A stretch of DNA of 64,000 nucleotides, taken from an uncultured bacterium. Lineage in GTDB: Bacteria; Desulfobacterota; Binatia; HRBIN30; CADEER01. The notes beneath the pieces were generated by a model. It ran no database searches, had not been told where the DNA came from, and saw only the letters and a list, made by a program, of their open reading frames with translations. Below are positions 12,451 through 21,674 of the stretch, in pieces. The stretch covers positions 3,574 through 67,573 of the forward strand of contig CADEER010000004.1 in assembly GCA_902826395.1 (NCBI GenBank), written 5' to 3'. Numbering within the stretch: position 1 is the stretch's first letter; every line of letters starts with the position of its first letter. The translations under genes were made by a program, and so were the position numbers.

Positions 12451-14661
12451 TCAGTCGCTCTTGGCTTTGAAGGCCGCGTCGTCGTTCGTCGTGGGAGCCG
12501 AGAAGGACGCACCCCAACAGCCTCCTGCATTGTTGCGCAGCTGAGCAACCGTGGGCAGCGCCAATCCGAGCGTCGGCATGCCGAGGTTCTCTCCCTTCGC
12601 CTTCAGCTTGAGCACCGTCTTGCCGGCGAGTCCCGCCTTGATCTTGGCCACCTGAACGCCATCGGGAATGCCTTCCGGGTCGCGGTAGCGGTACCCCGAC
12701 CCGATCTCTTGCCACTTACTTCCCGCCGTTGCACGTATAGCCGCGACCACGCCGCTGCCGTCGTAGACACAGAGCGCGTACTCGGTCGCCACCATCGGAT
12801 CGCCGAGCTCGCCGAGATCCGTCGCCTCTCCCCTGACCAGGCGAAACACAGCCAGATCGGACCGCGGTTGGGCGCCGTCTTTTAGTAGGAGCTTCGCCTT
12901 GCCGCTCTGGATGCTCCCTTTGCAAGGAACGAGGGGAGCGTCGTCACCGCTGCAGGTGCCCGCACCATCGCAAGCGTCCATATTCGAGCAGAGATTCCCG
13001 TCGTCGCAAACGGACCCGGCCAGCTCGAAGCCGCATGCCGCGGAGCAACAATCGCCCGCTGATAGGTTGCCGTCGTCGCACGCCTCGCCGGCAGTAACGA
13101 CGCCGTTTCCACACGCGGTCGGAGTGCAGTTCTCGTCACAACCGTCGCCACTCTCGAGGTCGCCATCGTCGCACACCTCACCCGGATCCAGATCTCCGTC
13201 GCCGCAGACCGTGGTCTCATCGGCACCCACGTCGACCCGCCCACCATTGATGCGCGCCGTGCCGTCTATATCGAGCTCGCCGACGCCAGCCACAAAGGCG
13301 GGATCGCCGGCATTGATTGCAGGCGAACCGGCCGCCAAGTGCAGATCCCCGGCGCCGGGATCGACGAGCAGCGGGTCGGCAAACAGGCCACTACCCTCCT
13401 GCGCAGAGCCCGCCTGGTAGGTCGCGAAGCCGGAGTACGAGTCCCCTTGCCACACGAACTCGGTGCCTCCCGCTGCGGGCGAGTACCACAGGTTGTAGTC
13501 GAGCGCGTTGTTCGAGTTGCCGCTCTCGGAATAGGTGACCGGCCCCAGGCCGGTGCCGAAGAAGACATTGTTGCGGACCACATTGTCGGACGCGTACTGA
13601 ATCCACAGCTCGCCGAAACCTTCCAGCGCCGTGTCGTTTCCGAAAGTCGTGTTATTGAGGAACACGCTGTCGCGCACTCTCCCGACACCTGCGCTGAAGC
13701 CCCCGAAGACAATCCCGGCGCGCAAGTTCGCGTAAACGAAGTTGTCGCGGACCACGATCCCAGTTGTGTTGATCCCGGCATTCTCGGCACCGATCTCGAT
13801 CCCTAGATCGCTCTCGCCCACGATGTTGCGCTCGATCAGGATGTCGCGCCCACCGTCGACATAGATTCCGCCCGCGTAGCCCCCGCCCTGCTGGTTCGCA
13901 CGAAGTACCACATTGTCGCGACACACCCCGTTTCGAGCAACTAGTGCGGGATCGGGGTTGATGTCGGTCTCGCCGCCTATGAAGTCGATTCCGATATTGT
14001 TGACGTCGCGGACAACGTTGTTCGTCACCGTGAAATCCGTGACGTTTGCGTTGAGAACCAGCGCCTCGCTCTGAAACGGGTCGCAATCGTAGATGAGATT
14101 GCCGTCGATCAGAATCTCCGAGATCGCCGTCGGTTCCGTCCCGTATACGGTGATACCCATCGCGTGCTGGCCGCGAATCTCGTGGATTTCGTTGTCGACA
14201 ATCTCGATGTGCGAGCCGCTGCCGATGACGCGAATCCCGGAGCCATCGTTGACGCCGAGGTTGTTGCGAATCTCGAATCCGCGAATGCGCACGTAGCTGC
14301 GGCTCGAGATCAGCACCATGTTGGCGCCCGAAACCGCCGTCCCGTCGAGAACTGGCCGATCACCCGGGCATGCCTCCAGCGATATGAAACCCGCTCCCGC
14401 GTTGCCGCTGCTCGGGAATGCCACCTTCTCCGCGTAGGGCCCCCCAGACTCGCAGACTTGCACCGTGTCACCCGGCTGGGCGGCGTTCAGCGCGCCCTGG
14501 ATCGTCGCGTAGTCGAGCGGGACGTTGAGCAGCGCCGCGGATGCCATTCCGGCCCACCAACTGATGCCTGCAATTGCACTGAAGATCCGATTCCGCATGG
14601 CGGCGACTCTGCGCAGCGCAAGTCCGCGTGTCAATGCGAGATTTCGAAGCGAACGACGCAC
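12451..14661 (-). CDS. secreted right-handed parallel beta-helix (pectate-lyase-like) protein with Myxococcus-type cysteine-rich repeats
   Basis: Has a signal peptide (likely start MRNRIFSAIAGISWWAGMASAALL, near 14598) and repeated NNxVxxN beta-helix rungs. The C-terminal region carries three or more CxDGNxxxGDxC repeats of the TIGR02232-type myxo cysteine repeat. Confidence 0.7.
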   Translation of the reverse strand: MRRSLRNLALTRGLALRRVAAMRNRIFSAIAGISWWAGMASAALLNVPLDYATIQGALNAAQPGDTVQVCESGGPYAEKVAFPSSGNAGAGFISLEACPGDRPVLDGTAVSGANMVLISSRSYVRIRGFEIRNNLGVNDGSGIRVIGSGSHIEIVDNEIHEIRGQHAMGITVYGTEPTAISEILIDGNLIYDCDPFQSEALVLNANVTDFTVTNNVVRDVNNIGIDFIGGETDINPDPALVARNGVCRDNVVLRANQQGGGYAGGIYVDGGRDILIERNIVGESDLGIEIGAENAGINTTGIVVRDNFVYANLRAGIVFGGFSAGVGRVRDSVFLNNTTFGNDTALEGFGELWIQYASDNVVRNNVFFGTGLGPVTYSESGNSNNALDYNLWYSPAAGGTEFVWQGDSYSGFATYQAGSAQEGSGLFADPLLVDPGAGDLHLAAGSPAINAGDPAFVAGVGELDIDGTARINGGRVDVGADETTVCGDGDLDPGEVCDDGDLESGDGCDENCTPTACGNGVVTAGEACDDGNLSAGDCCSAACGFELAGSVCDDGNLCSNMDACDGAGTCSGDDAPLVPCKGSIQSGKAKLLLKDGAQPRSDLAVFRLVRGEATDLGELGDPMVATEYALCVYDGSGVVAAIRATAGSKWQEIGSGYRYRDPEGIPDGVQVAKIKAGLAGKTVLKLKAKGENLGMPTLGLALPTVAQLRNNAGGCWGASFSAPTTNDDAAFKAKSD

Positions 14662-14864
14662 CTCACCCCGACCTCATACGTAGAAGCACCATCCGTGAGA
14701 TTGCGCACAAGCAGACAGCGATGGCTCGTATTCACAGTGTCTCTGAGTACGTGTAACCACTAACGATGGTTTCTCTAATTGCCCATTAGCAGCCAAACCT
14801 CCAAGAGTCGCACTCGTGGCGACTGCGACGTCCGCGGCGCCCGCGAACTTGGAGGAACTCGGAG

Positions 14865-15515
14865 ATGCACACTCGGATTTGGCGCTCGATTGGATGCGCG
14901 GCGCTCTTATCGGCTGCCCTTACTCAGGCATATGGCGAGTCTCTGCCCCCTGACGAGCTTTGCCGCAGGCGGCTCGACCGGATGCTGGCCGCACAGACCT
15001 GTCGCCTCATCGAGGAGGTCAAGAAGTGCTCCGAGCGAGTCGGCGACGCGGAAGCGTTTGCCACATCATGTCTGCCATTCCTGGGTGAGGACGACAATCT
15101 GCATGCTGACGAGGCTCGGCTCGACATCGCGCTTACGCGGGTCGAGCGTCACGGCGACGACAAGTTTCCGCGTAAGTGCACCGGCATGACGCCCGATTTC
15201 TTTGAGCCCGCGTGTTTCGCGATCACGGACTCACGCGTGCAGTTGCGCCGCTGCGTGTACAACGACCACACACTCGACGTCCTCGTCGACCTCGTGGAGG
15301 CCTCCACGGCTTTGCCGCAGGAGTGTCGCACTCGCACGCTCCACCTGGCAAAGCTGGCGTGGCGGGATTGGATACAGGACGATGACGATCGCGCACTCGA
15401 GCGCGGACCCGCCAGACTCAGACGCAAGTGCGACAGTACGGATCATTGGGCCGTCGTGGCAGACGCCATAAGGTCCCGTTCACTGTCACTTCGCCAGATC
15501 GTACTCGACGAATGA
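14865..15515 (+). CDS. hypothetical secreted Cys-rich protein
   Basis: Signal peptide MHTRIWRSIGCAALLSAALTQAYG, about 10 Cys, native-looking codon usage. No recognisable domain. Confidence 0.45.
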   Translation: MHTRIWRSIGCAALLSAALTQAYGESLPPDELCRRRLDRMLAAQTCRLIEEVKKCSERVGDAEAFATSCLPFLGEDDNLHADEARLDIALTRVERHGDDKFPRKCTGMTPDFFEPACFAITDSRVQLRRCVYNDHTLDVLVDLVEASTALPQECRTRTLHLAKLAWRDWIQDDDDRALERGPARLRRKCDSTDHWAVVADAIRSRSLSLRQIVLDE

Positions 15516-16436
15516 TTGCGTAGCTCGCGGCTCCCCCGACTCGCGACCGGCGCCCCAATTTGCCAAGCTGACGGGGTGGCGTTCGCGGTCGTCAGGACCA
15601 CTCGCAACCGGCAGTTGCTCGACGAGTGGTCGCTCGTGCTCGCGGCGGCCGACATCGAGCATGAGACGCCGCTTCGCGACGGCATGTACTCGCTCGCGGT
15701 CGCCCCCGCGGCAGCCGATCGCGCCGTCGCTACCCTATCCGGCTACGACCGGGAGCGCCGGCGCCGCTGGCGCTCCCGGTGGGTAGAGTCTGAAGCGAGC
15801 GCGAACGTCGCCTGGCTGGTGCCGGCGGCAATCCTGCTGGGCTACATGTGGACTGGCCCGGTCACCCGGGGGTCTTTCGCATTCGAGCACGGAGCGGCGG
15901 TCGCGCAGCAGATTCGTTCGGGCGAGCTCTGGCGCATCGCTACCGCGCTGACCCTACATGCGGACGCCGGGCATGCCGCTTCGAACGCACTCTCGTCACT
16001 GATCTTTCTAATCCCACTGTGCCGCGTCCTCGGCGGCGGTACTGCGTTTGCTCTCGCGCTAGCCTCGGGAATGGCAGCTACCTTGATCAACGCCTACCTG
16101 CGCGGCCCCGGATACGCTGGGATCGGCGCCTCGACGTCGGTCTTCGCTGCCGTCGGGTTGCTGGCTGGGATCCGGATCCGCCGCGATGATCCGCAGCCGC
16201 TCTGGCGGCGAATCGGGCCCGTCGGGGCTGCGCTCGGTATCCTCGCGATGCTCGGCGCGTCGCCCGAGACCGACGTGGTGGCGCACTTGCTTGGGCTCGT
16301 CGCCGGAGTAGCGAGCGGCGCGATGGTCGCCGCCGCTCGGCACTCTGCACCTTCGCCGTCCGTCGATGCGATGTTGGGTGGCCTTGCGACCTTCGTTCTT
16401 TGTACGGCTTGGTTGATGGCGATTCTGTTCGCTTGA
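15516..16436 (+). CDS. rhomboid family intramembrane serine protease (start uncertain; the track ORF begins at TTG right after the upstream stop)
   Basis: Catalytic GxSG segment (GIGASTSVFAAVGLL) and a TM6 His (VVAHLLGLVAGV). It has a soluble N-terminal extension. Confidence 0.65.
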   Translation: MRSSRLPRLATGAPICQADGVAFAVVRTTRNRQLLDEWSLVLAAADIEHETPLRDGMYSLAVAPAAADRAVATLSGYDRERRRRWRSRWVESEASANVAWLVPAAILLGYMWTGPVTRGSFAFEHGAAVAQQIRSGELWRIATALTLHADAGHAASNALSSLIFLIPLCRVLGGGTAFALALASGMAATLINAYLRGPGYAGIGASTSVFAAVGLLAGIRIRRDDPQPLWRRIGPVGAALGILAMLGASPETDVVAHLLGLVAGVASGAMVAAARHSAPSPSVDAMLGGLATFVLCTAWLMAILFA

Positions 16437-16466
16437 CCGCCTCGAGCTCGCCTCGCAAGGTGGCGC

Positions 16467-17153
16467 ATGCTCAAGATGGTTTTCTTCTGCTTGCGGCGAC
16501 CAGATGTCAGTCACGATGCATATGCCGAGATGGTGCTCGGCCACCACGTGCCGCTGGCGCTGCGGCATCATCCGACGATGCGCAAATACGTCGTGAACAT
16601 CGTCGATCACGTTCCACACGCCGAGCCGCGCTACGACAGCATCGCCGAGCTGTTCTTCGACAACGCCGAAGACTACACCCAGCACCTGTACGACTCCGCC
16701 GAGGGCGAGCGAATCATCCGCGCCGACGTCGGCCGATTCCTGGGTGGCGCCCACGCGTACGCTGCGACCGAGCACGTGCACAGAGAAGTGCAATCGCCGG
16801 CACCGCTAGGCGGCCGCAATCCCCACGTCAAGCTGATTTGCCCGATCCGGCGCCGCAACGACATGACACACGCGGACTTTGTCGACCACTGGCTCAACCG
16901 ACACCGTCCGCTGGCGCTACAACACCACCCAGGCCTGGTCCGTTACGTGGCTAATGTCGTCGACGCCGCACACTCAGAAGGCGCACCCGCGCTCGACGGC
17001 ATCGGCGAGCTCTATTTCACAAGCCCCGAATCGCTCCGCGACGAGATGTTCGACTCCCCAGCCGGCGAGGACATTATCCTGCGGGACGTCGAGACGTTCA
17101 TAGGGCACACCTGCGCCTACCTCGCGACCGAGTACGTCCAGAAGCGGCCCTAG
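16467..17153 (+). CDS. EthD-domain protein, tandem duplication (two ~110-aa EthD-like halves)
   Basis: Contains two collinear halves of similar sequence: MVFFCLRRPDVSHDAYAEMVLGHHVPLALRHHPTMRKYVVNIVDH and VKLICPIRRRNDMTHADFVDHWLNRHRPLALQHHPGLVRYVANVVD. Confidence 0.55.
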   Translation: MLKMVFFCLRRPDVSHDAYAEMVLGHHVPLALRHHPTMRKYVVNIVDHVPHAEPRYDSIAELFFDNAEDYTQHLYDSAEGERIIRADVGRFLGGAHAYAATEHVHREVQSPAPLGGRNPHVKLICPIRRRNDMTHADFVDHWLNRHRPLALQHHPGLVRYVANVVDAAHSEGAPALDGIGELYFTSPESLRDEMFDSPAGEDIILRDVETFIGHTCAYLATEYVQKRP

Positions 17154-17171
17154 CCACCTGCGAGGAGCCTC

Positions 17172-18071
17172 TCAGTCGGACAATCGGCGATACGTCAGGA
17201 GGTGCTTCAAGGCTTCCTCCCGCTCACCCGACCGCTCCAGCAGCTTGCCGAGATTGAAGTGCGCGTCAGCGAATCGTGGGTTGATCTCCAGCGCCCGTGC
17301 ATAGTGGCGGCGCGCCTTCCCCAGACGGTGCAGGTCCTCGTAGGCAACCGCCAGGTTGTAGTGCGTGACAGAATCGTCCGGGCTGCGCTGTAGAGCTTCC
17401 GTGTAGAAGCGAGCCGCACCTCGAGGATCGCCTCCCTCATGCACCAGGCGACCGAGATTGATGTAGGCGTCCACCAGCGCCGAATCGATCTCGAGGGCGC
17501 GTTCGTACGCGGCTCGCGCGCCGTTCGGATCTTCGTGCTCGATCAGGGTGCCGTACTCGAACCAGTCGTTGGCGTTCTCGTTGGCCGTCCCCAGGTTGCG
17601 CCGGCGCGCCGCGCGCAGCTCGGCCGGCGCTGCCTCAACCCCCTCGCCCGCGAACTGGAAGACCTGCTGGCCGCTCTCCGGTTGCCACATTGCCTCGCGG
17701 TCGCGCGCGACGATCTGGCCGGCTTCGGTGTAGAGGCGCACCCCGCTCAAGGGGCGATCGGCCGGCAACTGCTTCTTGAGTTGGCGCAGTGCGTAGTGAA
17801 CGCGGCGCGGCGAAATGTCCGATGAGCGAAGCAGCCCCTGCGCCGTGCGAAGCAACACCAGATCTTGAAAGCCAAAGCGAAAAGCACGCCCGTGCCGACC
17901 CGGTGCGCAATGCCCCGCGTGCACCATCCGTCTGATTCGGTTGGCAGACACTCCGAGGATACGAGCGACGTCGACGGTCCGGTAGCGCTGGCTCCCGGGA
18001 CCACCGACAACATCCGTCGCCACGGCACTCGACCCGTTTCCTGCCGGGCTCATGCCACTCCTCCCACTCAA
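17172..18071 (-). CDS. transcriptional regulator, excisionase/MerR-like HTH plus tetratricopeptide repeats
   Basis: N-terminal HTH TVDVARILGVSANRIRRMV, and a C-terminal run of TPR-like AYxxLG/AxxxY repeats. Confidence 0.6.
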   Translation of the reverse strand: MSGRSGMSPAGNGSSAVATDVVGGPGSQRYRTVDVARILGVSANRIRRMVHAGHCAPGRHGRAFRFGFQDLVLLRTAQGLLRSSDISPRRVHYALRQLKKQLPADRPLSGVRLYTEAGQIVARDREAMWQPESGQQVFQFAGEGVEAAPAELRAARRRNLGTANENANDWFEYGTLIEHEDPNGARAAYERALEIDSALVDAYINLGRLVHEGGDPRGAARFYTEALQRSPDDSVTHYNLAVAYEDLHRLGKARRHYARALEINPRFADAHFNLGKLLERSGEREEALKHLLTYRRLSD

Positions 18072-18176
18072 GGCACCATCGAGAACACACGCATCGATGT
18101 TACTGCGCGTCTCCGAAATTCCTTACAAGACTCCGAGCCTGACGCCAATCCCCGCGGGCCGAAATTCAGGACCGGC

Positions 18177-19034
18177 TCACTCTGATCCCGCCTTGCGCAG
18201 ACTCTTGGCGCCGCTCTTCTTGCGCGGCGGCTTGCGGGGCTTGGCACCGATTTCGCGCGTTCCTTCTGCCGCAAGACTCGCCTTCAGCGCCTCCATGAGA
18301 TCGATGATCTGTCCTTTGGGCGGCTCGCTTGGCGTTGCCACGACCTCCTTGCCCGCGACCTTTTGCTCGATCAGTTCGAGCGCCCGCTGTCGGTGTTCAT
18401 CCTCGAACTTGGTCGCATCGAACTTCTTGCTCGCCAGTTGCTCGATCAGTTGAATGGCCAGGCTTACTTCACCTTCCTTCACGCTCACACCGTCGCCGCG
18501 GTCGATCTCTGCGAAGTCACGCACCTCGTCAGCGTAGAACAGGGAGTGCATCATGATGCCGCCTTCTGCTTCTCGCAGCAGGACCAGTTGCTGCTGGCCG
18601 CGACTCGAGAACCGTCCTACCGCCCCCATACCGGCTTCGCGCATAGCGTCGACGAGCAATCGGTAAGGCTTGGCGCCGCCCTTGTCCGGCCCCAGGAGGT
18701 ACGCCTTGTCGAAAAACACCGGATCGATGGACGCGATCGGTACGAACTCCTCAATCTCGATCGATTGGTCGGACTGCGACTCCAACGCCTTGATCTCATC
18801 GGTGCCGAGCACCACGTACTGCCCTTTTGCGTACTCGTAGCCCCGCGACGTCGCGTTTCGCTCCACCACTTCGCCGCAGGCCGTGCAAACGAGCTGCTGC
18901 TTCAGCCGCGCGTTGTCCTTGGCGTGGAGCATATTGAAGTGGAGGCTCTTCGATTGAGTTCCCGAGAACAGCTTGACCGGAACCGAGACGAGTCCGAAGG
19001 TGATGATTCCGCTGGAGATTGCTCGTGGAGCCAT
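18177..19034 (-). CDS. ku: Ku protein (NHEJ DNA end-binding) with lysine-rich C-terminal tail
   Basis: MAPRAISSGIITFGLVSVPVKLF is the conserved Ku N-terminus. The C-terminus KPRKPPRKKSGAKSLRKAG is a basic tail. Confidence 0.85.
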   Translation of the reverse strand: MAPRAISSGIITFGLVSVPVKLFSGTQSKSLHFNMLHAKDNARLKQQLVCTACGEVVERNATSRGYEYAKGQYVVLGTDEIKALESQSDQSIEIEEFVPIASIDPVFFDKAYLLGPDKGGAKPYRLLVDAMREAGMGAVGRFSSRGQQQLVLLREAEGGIMMHSLFYADEVRDFAEIDRGDGVSVKEGEVSLAIQLIEQLASKKFDATKFEDEHRQRALELIEQKVAGKEVVATPSEPPKGQIIDLMEALKASLAAEGTREIGAKPRKPPRKKSGAKSLRKAGSE

Positions 19035-19119
19035 TGGGGGTCCCCTCTAACAAGACCGCTTCGACAGTTATCGTGCCGAGCCTATCACCGGGCTCGACGG
19101 CGCGGAAGCATTTTGTGGG

Positions 19120-21666
19120 ATGAGAATGCCGCGCCGTTCGCTAGAACCGTACCGAGACAAGCGCGACCCGGCCCGCACGCCGGAGCCGTTCGGTACCGCA
19201 TTCCCGGCGGGACCCGGCTATGCGTTCGTCGTCCAGCAGCACGGCGCGCGCCGCTTGCATTGGGACCTGCGCCTCGAGATCGACGGCGCGATGGTGAGTT
19301 GGGCGGTACCGAAGGGTCCTTCCAGCGATCCGGACGAGAAGCGACTAGCGGTGCAGACGGAAGACCACCCTTTGGAGTACGCCGACTTCGAAGGAGTGAT
19401 CCCAGCGGGCAACTACGGCGCCGGACCGATGATCCTTTGGGATCGCGGCTCGTACCGCACCTGGGACGGTGACGCGCCGCCACAGGCGCTCGAGGCGGGC
19501 AAGATCGACATCGAGCTGTTCGGACACAAGCTGCGCGGCCACTGGGCTCTGGTGCGCCTCAAGAAGAGCGACAGTGGCCGCGATTGGCTGCTGATCAAGA
19601 AGGCCGATCCCTACACTTCCATCGAGGAGTTGGTCGATCGCTTCCCGGCCTCGGTCGCGTCCGGCCTGACCCTCGAAGAGCGATTGCATCCCGAAACGAG
19701 ATTCGCACCTCTGAGAGAAACGATCGCGCGAACTGCAGCGCCGGGGGCGAAGCTGCGCCGCATCGACCTGGCCCCGATGCTCAGCTCGACCCGCAACGAC
19801 GCCTTCGACGACGACAGCTGGCTCTTCGAGCTCAAGTACGACGGCGTCCGGGCCATTCTCGCACGCCTCGATGATGGCACCCTGCACCTCACTTCGCGGC
19901 GCGGCCGCGACTATCTGGGCACCTTTCCCGAGATTTCCCTAGTCGGGCGCCATCTCCCTGCATCGTCCTTCGCTCTCGACGGCGAGATCATCGCCGTCGA
20001 GGATTCGGGCGCCGGCTCATTTCAACTCCTCCAGAAGCGCCTCGGCAACGAAGGCGGTTCGGCGGTACGGGTCGTCATGTACGCGTTCGACCTCCTGCAT
20101 TTCGAAGGCCGCGACCTGCGAAACCTGCCGCTGCTGCAGCGCAAGGAGCTTCTGCGGATGTTTCTTCCGCCCGTCGGGCCCGTGCGCTACGCCGATCACG
20201 TCGCAGGCGCTGGACAAGCGCTCCTTGCGGCGGCGCGGCAACGCGGCCTGGAAGGCATCGTCGCCAAGCGCACCGACTCCGTATACACGGCGGGACGCCG
20301 CAGTCGCGACTGGATGAAGATCAAGTTGCCGCGCACCGCGCGCCTCGTCGTCGTCGGCTGGCGCCCGGTCAAGGGATCCAGCCCGCGTGTTGACGGCGCC
20401 ATGCGTATCGGCTCCGTCTTGCTGGCCTGGCTTGCCGACGGTGCGTTGCGCTACGCCGGCAATGCTGGCAGCGGCCTCGACGAGACCGCCGCCAGCTCTC
20501 TCGCCGCGCACACCGAAGCGTTGCGCGTCAGCGAGCCGGAGTTCGATCCGAGCTCCCTCCCCATTCCAGGCGACGCTGTATTCCTGCGCCCTCATCTCGT
20601 CGCGCAAGTCCGCTACACTGAAGTCACAGACAGCGGAGCGCTGCGCCAACCGGTACTCGAAGGAATTCTCGACAACGTGGATTGGCGCGATTGTCTCGCA
20701 CCGCCGGAGCTACAGAGCGAGTCGGTTGGCGTCGATCGAACGGCGCCGCCAACCGGCTCGCCGCCCGGTGAGCGACGATTGATTCTCAGCAACCAAGAAA
20801 AGGTCTTCTGGCCACAAGACGGCCACACGAAAGGCGACCTGCTGCGCTACTACGAAGAGATCTGGCCCTACCTGCAGATCTACTTGCGCGACCGACCGTT
20901 GGTACTGACGCGCTATCCGGACGGCATCGAGGGCAAGAGCTTCTTTCAGAAGCACGCCCCCGATTACTTGCCCGAATGGATCGAGACTTTTCGGGTCGAC
21001 GACACGGACTTCATCATCTGCAACGATCCTGCCGCGCTTCTCTATGTCATCAACCTCGCATGCATCCCGCTTCACATCTGGAGTGCCCACCGCGACCAGA
21101 TCGACAATCCCGATTGGCTGATTCTCGACCTCGATCCGAAGGGGGCCGAGTTTGCGGCCGTCGTCGAGGTGGCCCAGCATTTTCGCCGGCTCTTGGAAGC
21201 GCTCGACCTACCGCACTATGTCAAGACGTCCGGTCAGGCCGGCTTGCACGTACTGCTGCCCCTTGCCGGGCAACTGGATCACGGTCAGGCGAAGATGCTG
21301 GCGGAGGTCTTGGCGCGCGTCGGCGCAGCCGAGTTACCCGAGATCTCGACCGTGGCCAGACCCCTGCGCGATCGGGGCGGCAAGGTGTACATAGACTTTC
21401 TTCAGAACGGACGCGGCAAGACGATCGCCGCGCCGCTTTGCGTCCGTCCGGTACCCGGGGCGCCCGTATCGATGCCGCTGCGCTGGAACCAGGTGACGGA
21501 AAAACTCGATCCTCGGCGATTCACCATCAAGACCGCGGCCGAGGCGATTCGTGAATCGTCCGATCCTCTGGCACCCATCCTCACGGACAAGGTGGACCGT
21601 CGGTTACTTGCTGAGGCAGTCGGCCGCCTCCAGGCACGACTGCAGGAGACCTCGACCGCTCGCTGA
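19120..21666 (+). CDS. ligD: multidomain ATP-dependent DNA ligase LigD (phosphoesterase - ligase - polymerase/primase order)
   Basis: N-terminal PE motif FVVQQHGARRLHWDLRLE, ligase KxDG motif ELKYDGVRA, and a C-terminal LigD polymerase domain (FWPQDGHTKGDLLRYY...). It is 848 aa and divergent from ku across an 85-bp gap. Confidence 0.85.
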   Translation: MRMPRRSLEPYRDKRDPARTPEPFGTAFPAGPGYAFVVQQHGARRLHWDLRLEIDGAMVSWAVPKGPSSDPDEKRLAVQTEDHPLEYADFEGVIPAGNYGAGPMILWDRGSYRTWDGDAPPQALEAGKIDIELFGHKLRGHWALVRLKKSDSGRDWLLIKKADPYTSIEELVDRFPASVASGLTLEERLHPETRFAPLRETIARTAAPGAKLRRIDLAPMLSSTRNDAFDDDSWLFELKYDGVRAILARLDDGTLHLTSRRGRDYLGTFPEISLVGRHLPASSFALDGEIIAVEDSGAGSFQLLQKRLGNEGGSAVRVVMYAFDLLHFEGRDLRNLPLLQRKELLRMFLPPVGPVRYADHVAGAGQALLAAARQRGLEGIVAKRTDSVYTAGRRSRDWMKIKLPRTARLVVVGWRPVKGSSPRVDGAMRIGSVLLAWLADGALRYAGNAGSGLDETAASSLAAHTEALRVSEPEFDPSSLPIPGDAVFLRPHLVAQVRYTEVTDSGALRQPVLEGILDNVDWRDCLAPPELQSESVGVDRTAPPTGSPPGERRLILSNQEKVFWPQDGHTKGDLLRYYEEIWPYLQIYLRDRPLVLTRYPDGIEGKSFFQKHAPDYLPEWIETFRVDDTDFIICNDPAALLYVINLACIPLHIWSAHRDQIDNPDWLILDLDPKGAEFAAVVEVAQHFRRLLEALDLPHYVKTSGQAGLHVLLPLAGQLDHGQAKMLAEVLARVGAAELPEISTVARPLRDRGGKVYIDFLQNGRGKTIAAPLCVRPVPGAPVSMPLRWNQVTEKLDPRRFTIKTAAEAIRESSDPLAPILTDKVDRRLLAEAVGRLQARLQETSTAR

Positions 21667-21674
21667 TCCCCTGA

